NCBI GenBank assembly: GCA_020343595.1
Contig: CP070802.1
Coordinates: 13,377-77,376, forward strand
Source of the DNA: a candidate division WOR-3 bacterium
Lineage (GTDB): Bacteria; Hydrothermota; Tepidihabitantia; SM23-42
Length of the DNA stretch: 64,000 nt
Direction: 5' to 3'
In this document: piece after piece, positions 58,402 through 64,000 of the stretch
Layout of the letters: every line of letters begins with the position of its first letter
Position numbering within the stretch: position 1 is the first letter of the stretch
The notes under the pieces: model-generated
The model's database searches: none
The model's input: the letters and a program-made list of their open reading frames with translations, nothing else
What the model was told of the DNA's origin: nothing
Position numbers and translations under genes: made by a program

Positions 58402-58433
58402 TCGTCAGCTAGTTTTTTCGTCGACAAAAAAGT

Positions 58434-59651
58434 ATGAGCAGGATGCGGTTTGGTCTAACTCTTTTCTTGCTGCTTGCATTCTGCTGCAAGCGAGAACAAA
58501 AGGTGGCCGTTGATTTCTGGCATGTCATGGGTGGGCCGTTGGGCCGTCGGCTCAATGAAATGATCGCCGATTTCAACCGCCTGCATCCCGAAGGCGAGGT
58601 ACGCGGGGTGCATATGGGTTCGTACGATGTCCTGGCGCAAAAACTCATGGGTGCCATTGCCTCGAATAGCCCGCCGGTCATCGCTCAGATGTACGAATCA
58701 TGGACCGATCAATTCTATGAAGCAGGCCAATTAGTGCCGCTCGCTGAATTCGTTGAGGCAGAGGAGGATTTCGATCTGCCTGATTTCTTTCCGGTGTTCA
58801 TTGAAGATAATACGTATGATACGACTCTGGTTACCCTCCCTTTCAACAAGAGCGTTCCCGTATTTTACTACAATGCTGATCTTTTCGAAGAGTACGGTAT
58901 TGATTCATTTCCCGCTGACTGGGTAGATTTCAGACGTGTCTGCCTGCTTATCAGGGAAGGCGGTATCTGGCCGACGTCCTGGCCTCTCGACGTGTGGTAC
59001 TTTTCGACCATGCTGTATCAGAGAGGAGGTTTGCTCTTCGATGAAGAGAGTGGCCAACCGGGTTTCAATTCAACCGAAGGTAATGATGTCATCGAGTATC
59101 TCGTTGCCCTTGTGAGGGACAGTCTTTTCTATGTTAATCCTGGTTTTCAACGACAGGATGAGTTCCTCTCGGGTAATGTTGCGATGATACCCGCATCGAT
59201 TGTTTCTTGGGCATTCATGAAGGGCAAGGTCCCATTCGAGATCGGCGTCGCCCCGTTTCCTCAGGGTGCTTTTCGTTCCATCGTGATCGCCGGTACGAAC
59301 ATAGGAATGTTCAAGAAAGCCAATAAGGCCGAGCAGGAATTGGCATGGAAATTTATCAAGTGGTTTCTGGAGCCACAAAATCAGATGCGCTGGACCGAAG
59401 CGAGCTATTATCTACCGACGAGACGCAGTACGACGAGGACAGAAGATTATCGAGAGTTCATCTTCGAGAATCCGGCGTACGAGAAGATCATCCGTCAACT
59501 CGATTTTGCCCGCACCGAGCCAAAGAGTAAGGAGTGGTTTGCCGGCCGTATCTACCTCAATGACGCGATCGAGGAAGCAATGAGGCTTGAGCGCAGTCCT
59601 GAAGAGGCCCTGGATGACGCCGCCGAACGCTTGCGGCTTGAACTGAAATAG
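58434..59651 (+). CDS. ABC transporter carbohydrate/glycerol-phosphate-type substrate-binding lipoprotein (UgpB-like)
   Basis: Lipobox (AFCC), VDFWHVMGG, LPFNKSVPVFYYN, AWKFIKW, ASYYLP. Confidence 0.85.
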   Translation: MSRMRFGLTLFLLLAFCCKREQKVAVDFWHVMGGPLGRRLNEMIADFNRLHPEGEVRGVHMGSYDVLAQKLMGAIASNSPPVIAQMYESWTDQFYEAGQLVPLAEFVEAEEDFDLPDFFPVFIEDNTYDTTLVTLPFNKSVPVFYYNADLFEEYGIDSFPADWVDFRRVCLLIREGGIWPTSWPLDVWYFSTMLYQRGGLLFDEESGQPGFNSTEGNDVIEYLVALVRDSLFYVNPGFQRQDEFLSGNVAMIPASIVSWAFMKGKVPFEIGVAPFPQGAFRSIVIAGTNIGMFKKANKAEQELAWKFIKWFLEPQNQMRWTEASYYLPTRRSTTRTEDYREFIFENPAYEKIIRQLDFARTEPKSKEWFAGRIYLNDAIEEAMRLERSPEEALDDAAERLRLELK

Positions 59652-59653
59652 GG

Positions 59654-62407
59654 TTATTCTGTCAACAGGATGACCTTACGGGTCGTTACCTCGTTCCCAT
59701 AACTGGCTCTCACGAAATAGACACCAGAACTGATCCGCCGTTCCATGTTGTCTTTTCCATTCCAGACTATCTCATATTCACCCGCGCTGAAATCCCTGTC
59801 GACAATGTTGCTAACGAGTCTTCCCGCAATATCATAAACACTGATTGATAGTGCGCCACTGTGCGGCACTGAGAAGCTGATCCTCAAGTCCCTTACGAAT
59901 GGATTCGGACTTGGCGCCGGAAGCATGAATCGGTCGACTGACTTGTTGTCCCAGGATTCGATGCCAACCTCGCTCACCGTCATGACTCTCATCATGAAGT
60001 CATAGGTTGTCCAGGCATGCCAGCCCGGGTCACTTGGGTCGGTCCAGTACCAATATGAGAGATAGTCCAATGGTTGTGTGTTGTCCATGCCGATATAAGG
60101 TGCAGTCGGTGAGCCGGACAGCCAATGTACTACCATCCAGAATGGGTCTCCGGTCGTCACCTGTATCGGTGGTGTATATTCCTTGATCGCCCAACCGGGA
60201 CCCGCGCCGTTGATCGTGTCCGGAGCGGCAATGTAATATGATGGATCGAGCCCGGGTAAACTAGTAGAGTCTTTATGAAGTGAAACGGCTATCATCGAAT
60301 CATTACTGCAGTAGAACCGTACCTGCGTGATGTAGTATGGTGGCGAGAGGCAGGGCATCATTTTTTCCGCAAACTTGTTATCGGCGAAGGTTGTGGAAAC
60401 GTATCCGTAGGTATCAAGGAATCCATCATCATACATGATTTCTGTCGTAACATCGAAAGCAGTCGCCATGGTATCGTTTGACGGCACATAATCATCCGGT
60501 ACATCGGTGAAGAAATATGCGTCGTATAACCCGGTATCACTAGGACTCCAGCTAGGTGCGACAGTCACGACCTGTGATTCAAATGGATTAAGATAAGACT
60601 GGCCATTGCCGCTGTAGACAAGCGTACCAATGTCGTCGTATATCTCACAATTGACCGGGATTTGCTCGGTATAGCTGCCGTGGTTTGCCACGGTCACCCG
60701 GGGTGCACCCGTGTAATTCAGAGTGATTTCTGAAAATGGATATGAAATGCTCAACACGGTGCCGTCATGGTAGCAGATACTGGTCTGCGTCAACGTATCA
60801 TTCTGCGGGAATTCGTCACCCGACAGCGTAGTGAAAGCAGTAGTCAGGTACCGACCGTATGCGGGTACGTTCCAGTTTGGTGTGAAGCTGACCGTTGTGC
60901 TTGAACCGGATGCGAGCCCGCTGATTGCGGCGGTGTCGCCGTAGAGGGGCTGCGCAAGTGAGTCGTGGATGTAGCACACGACGCTGAAGCTGGCTGGTTG
61001 CGCGCCGTAGTTACGGGCGATCGCCTGAGGCGTAATATTCTGTCCAACCTGGAGGAACGCGGCTGGTGCGTTGATCCTTTCGATCCCGACATCATTGGTC
61101 AGTGGGTCGAGCATGCGTATGGCGTAGACCTCACCGCCGCTTCCGAATTGGCGGGCGTGAACGGCTTTGCCGCCGGCCGTTATGAACGAACCGTCTTTGG
61201 ATATATCCACGGAAAAGATCGATCCCGGTTCATCGATATCATCCAGCAACTGGAAGATCGGCGTAGATGAGTTGCGGTCGAACACGGTCAGCACGTCACC
61301 AAAGGTAGCGTTGTATTGACCCCAGGAACCGGCAACGGCACGTGCACCATCCTCGCTCAGTGCGCAGGTGGGTACGTAATCACCGTACTGTGTATACTCC
61401 CAGAGGGGTGTTGCTGATGAGGAATCGAAGAGCAATACTTTACCAGTATTGCTCGGGCTGTACTGGAAGGTGCCGGCCATGATCGTCGAACCATCGTCTG
61501 ATATCGCCACCGATGTGACCCACGGATGTCCGGTCGGATGCTGCCATACCTGGTCATAGTCTGAGCCGTTCCATCGGTAAAGGTATACGCGGGTGTAGAA
61601 GTCCCCCTTGACGAGGTACTTGCCATCGGCTGAGATCTTTGCCGGCGTCTGGCCGTATTGCATGATCGAATCACGGCGCGAACCATCGGCGTTGAATACG
61701 TATATCGCGTCATACGTGGAAACACAGATCACCGAAGCATCATTGGCCATGTCGACGCCGTAGATACCGCGGGTCGGATTGAAACCGACCGTTCTGATCG
61801 TATCCCCGGCGGCATCGAAGAGAAAGAGGCGGCCCTGACCGGCCTGACCGGCGAGCGCGGCATAGACCGATCCGTCATCGGCAACGCTAATTGTAGGCCC
61901 CTGGGCACTCGATGAGAAGTTGAAACCCGTTGGAGGACTGTATACCCAGTTAGGCGCGGCACTCGCGGAAGAGAAACTATAGCATGCTTCACCGTCTGCG
62001 AGGACACCGATCCCGGCACCGTACATCGAAACATCGGTTGATATGAACCAGTCGGCTCCGGACATGGGGAATGTCCACATCGGTGTGTTCGTTCCGAGAG
62101 TCCGGTACAGACTCGTTCTTTCGTTGTTCAGGTACCATCCTGCCTGTATCCACATGCCATTTCCGGCGATCGCCGTGTGCTGGGCGATGGCATTCTGGTG
62201 ATTGCGATCAACCCATATTACCTCGGCGCGGTGGTTTCCACAGAAATCAGTTGCGGTCTTCAGCCCAGGGGTGTCGCCGGATGGCTCGGTGACGAATCTG
62301 GTTCCGTCCGCACTCGTTTCAATTTCTATTCCTGGTACATCGGCCGGCTTTGTGATCCCGGCGGCCAGGATATTTACTGCCATCAACAAACAGAGTAAGT
62401 ATTTCAT
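59654..62407 (-). CDS. Large secreted protein: WD40-like propeller, CARDB/Ig-like repeats and FlgD/T9SS-type C-terminal domain
   Basis: Signal peptide; repeats ISADG/SVAISDDG; NDVGIERINAP, DEFPQNDT, DYVPSNDT; SPNPF...IYDIAGRLV...WNGKD...SGVYFVR. Confidence 0.85.
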   Translation of the reverse strand: MKYLLCLLMAVNILAAGITKPADVPGIEIETSADGTRFVTEPSGDTPGLKTATDFCGNHRAEVIWVDRNHQNAIAQHTAIAGNGMWIQAGWYLNNERTSLYRTLGTNTPMWTFPMSGADWFISTDVSMYGAGIGVLADGEACYSFSSASAAPNWVYSPPTGFNFSSSAQGPTISVADDGSVYAALAGQAGQGRLFLFDAAGDTIRTVGFNPTRGIYGVDMANDASVICVSTYDAIYVFNADGSRRDSIMQYGQTPAKISADGKYLVKGDFYTRVYLYRWNGSDYDQVWQHPTGHPWVTSVAISDDGSTIMAGTFQYSPSNTGKVLLFDSSSATPLWEYTQYGDYVPTCALSEDGARAVAGSWGQYNATFGDVLTVFDRNSSTPIFQLLDDIDEPGSIFSVDISKDGSFITAGGKAVHARQFGSGGEVYAIRMLDPLTNDVGIERINAPAAFLQVGQNITPQAIARNYGAQPASFSVVCYIHDSLAQPLYGDTAAISGLASGSSTTVSFTPNWNVPAYGRYLTTAFTTLSGDEFPQNDTLTQTSICYHDGTVLSISYPFSEITLNYTGAPRVTVANHGSYTEQIPVNCEIYDDIGTLVYSGNGQSYLNPFESQVVTVAPSWSPSDTGLYDAYFFTDVPDDYVPSNDTMATAFDVTTEIMYDDGFLDTYGYVSTTFADNKFAEKMMPCLSPPYYITQVRFYCSNDSMIAVSLHKDSTSLPGLDPSYYIAAPDTINGAGPGWAIKEYTPPIQVTTGDPFWMVVHWLSGSPTAPYIGMDNTQPLDYLSYWYWTDPSDPGWHAWTTYDFMMRVMTVSEVGIESWDNKSVDRFMLPAPSPNPFVRDLRISFSVPHSGALSISVYDIAGRLVSNIVDRDFSAGEYEIVWNGKDNMERRISSGVYFVRASYGNEVTTRKVILLTE

Positions 62408-62423
62408 TGCTCCTCCCTGGGTT

Positions 62424-62451
62424 ATTATAGTCAGCGGGTCGGCTGAGTCAA
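62424..62451 (-). promoter_or_regulatory. sigma70-type promoter with SD-led start
   Basis: TTGACT-16nt-TATAAT; GGGAGGAG before ATG at 62407. Confidence 0.7.
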
Positions 62452-62453
62452 TC

Positions 62454-62481
62454 TTGATTTTAGATAGCCACGCAGTATAAT
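62454..62481 (+). promoter_or_regulatory. sigma70-type promoter, leaderless
   Basis: TTGATT-16nt-TATAAT, 5 nt to GTG at 62487. Confidence 0.7.
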
Positions 62482-62486
62482 TTGAT

Positions 62487-64000
62487 GTGGTACTACTGAT
62501 ACTGTTGCTCGGTCAGTCCTTCACCGCTTACTTCGATTCAAGCTTGGCATTTATCGGTCTCACAAGGGCAGATCTGACTTTCCGCAGCGATTACGTGAAA
62601 AGTGACGATTATCGTTTTGATATAATCGATTCACTACTCAAAGAGCCACTTGTGTCGTCGCAATTTGTGGAACGATTGCACGATGATTTCTGCGAGCATT
62701 CACCCGCTGATGCTTTTGTGTCGTTGACCGATATCTACAAATTTGAATTGACCGGGCAAAAGACCGATATCTTCTCGGCACTGGAACAGGCCAAAGAATT
62801 GCTTGAGGAGGCATTTCCGGCCGATGCACCTGAGATCATGGGTGTGCTGGAGGAACTCATTAGGTTTTCTCCTGAGCCGACCGGTTCGATCGCCGAGGAA
62901 AGAGCTCACGAGCGAGCATACGATTCTCTGACTTCTTTTCTACGCAGGCATGCGCGCCAGATCGATTGTGAGAATATCTTTCTGGCTGGTTATACCATTC
63001 TATCGGCACTTGAGGGATACTCGGTTGGTGATTTGAATCTACCCCTGTCAAGAACGCACGTGGAGGGTGTTTCGGGCGATATTCTATACTATGGAGAGTA
63101 TGATTTTGGCGAGTTCGTCATTGGTGATTTGGGCGCCAACATCTACGAGCGGGATTTCGCGATCATCATCGACATCGGTGGCAATGATACTTACCGGGTG
63201 CCTGGACATCACGGCTTTGTGCGGGTCATCATCGATGAATCCGGGGACGATTCATATCTGGGCGGCGAGTACAACGTAGCGTGCGGTAGATTCGGTGTTT
63301 CGATCGTCCTTGACCGGCAAGGGGATGACCTGTACCGGGCGCGGAGTTTCTCGATCGGTGCCGGTCTTTTCGGTGTTGGAGTTTTGATCGACGAATCAGG
63401 CGACGACCGATATCATGGCGATACGTTCACCCAGGGCGCTGGTTGTTTTGGAATTGGCATTCTCAGTGATCTTTCCGGCAACGACCATTACGAGGGTGCT
63501 CTATATGCCCAGGGTTTTGCTTCAACCTATGGGATCGGCATTCTCGGTGATGCCAATGGTAACGATCGTTATATCATCAGACCGGTATATCTTGATGAAA
63601 TAAGATATCTCGATCACTATCTCTCGATGTCGCAGGGGTTTGCGATTGGCTTCCGGCCGGATCTCCCGGCCGGTATCGGCTTGCTGTTTGAGGGTGGTGG
63701 TAATGACTATTACATCAGTGATATCTTCGGCCAGGGTGCGGCGTACTGGTACGGGATTGGTGCGATAGTAGAAAGGGGCGGCAATGATAACTACATAGGA
63801 TACCAGTATGTTCAAGGCAGCGGTACCCACATCGCACTTGGTCTGTTGATCGATGACCGCGGAGACGATAATTATGTTGCCAAGGGTGTAGCACAGGGCT
63901 GCGGCCATGATCTCTCCCTCGGTTTTTTGTACGACCGCTCAGGCGACGATACATATGCCTCATTCGACCTCAGCCAGGGTGCGGGTAATGCTAATGGTAT
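62487..64000 (+). CDS. Secreted protein with tandem D-x-x-G-[DN]-D-x-Y / QG-x-G repeats (partial, runs off the window)
   Basis: Manual translation is open from GTG 62487 to the window end: IIDIGGNDTY, IIDESGDDSY, LDRQGDDLY, IDESGDDRY...TQGAG, SDLSGNDHY...AQGFA. Absent from the ORF track. Confidence 0.85.
   Translation, partial: MVLLILLLGQSFTAYFDSSLAFIGLTRADLTFRSDYVKSDDYRFDIIDSLLKEPLVSSQFVERLHDDFCEHSPADAFVSLTDIYKFELTGQKTDIFSALEQAKELLEEAFPADAPEIMGVLEELIRFSPEPTGSIAEERAHERAYDSLTSFLRRHARQIDCENIFLAGYTILSALEGYSVGDLNLPLSRTHVEGVSGDILYYGEYDFGEFVIGDLGANIYERDFAIIIDIGGNDTYRVPGHHGFVRVIIDESGDDSYLGGEYNVACGRFGVSIVLDRQGDDLYRARSFSIGAGLFGVGVLIDESGDDRYHGDTFTQGAGCFGIGILSDLSGNDHYEGALYAQGFASTYGIGILGDANGNDRYIIRPVYLDEIRYLDHYLSMSQGFAIGFRPDLPAGIGLLFEGGGNDYYISDIFGQGAAYWYGIGAIVERGGNDNYIGYQYVQGSGTHIALGLLIDDRGDDNYVAKGVAQGCGHDLSLGFLYDRSGDDTYASFDLSQGAGNANG

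Overview
About 66 housekeeping and envelope genes from a diderm bacterium. LapA/LapB, LpxH, BamD, SurA-like chaperones and T9SS/FlgD-like C-terminal domains suggest an FCB-related lineage such as candidate division WOR-3 (inference only). Content includes three parvulin chaperones, a tRNA nucleotidyltransferase, hslV, an alternative sigma70, degP, rplM-rpsI-rpsB-tsf-pyrH-frr, polA, nadD, folK-dNK-panB, queF, lspA, ndk, a Btu/Fec-type ABC importer, ddl, mutS, guaA, two GGDEF proteins and large secreted repeat proteins. I saw no tRNA, rRNA, CRISPR array or transposase. The three best leads: (1) a secreted repeat protein (25358-26671) with one in-frame TGA directly after a Cys codon and a SECIS-like hairpin behind it, a candidate new selenoprotein family; (2) a window-wide promoter architecture, TTGACA-like -35 / 16 bp / TATAAT-like -10, which for about 20 genes lies 5-9 nt before the start codon with no Shine-Dalgarno, implying pervasive leaderless translation; (3) a 129-bp element with 27-bp terminal inverted repeats (41744-41872). 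All product calls are by-eye motif recognition; no database searches were run.
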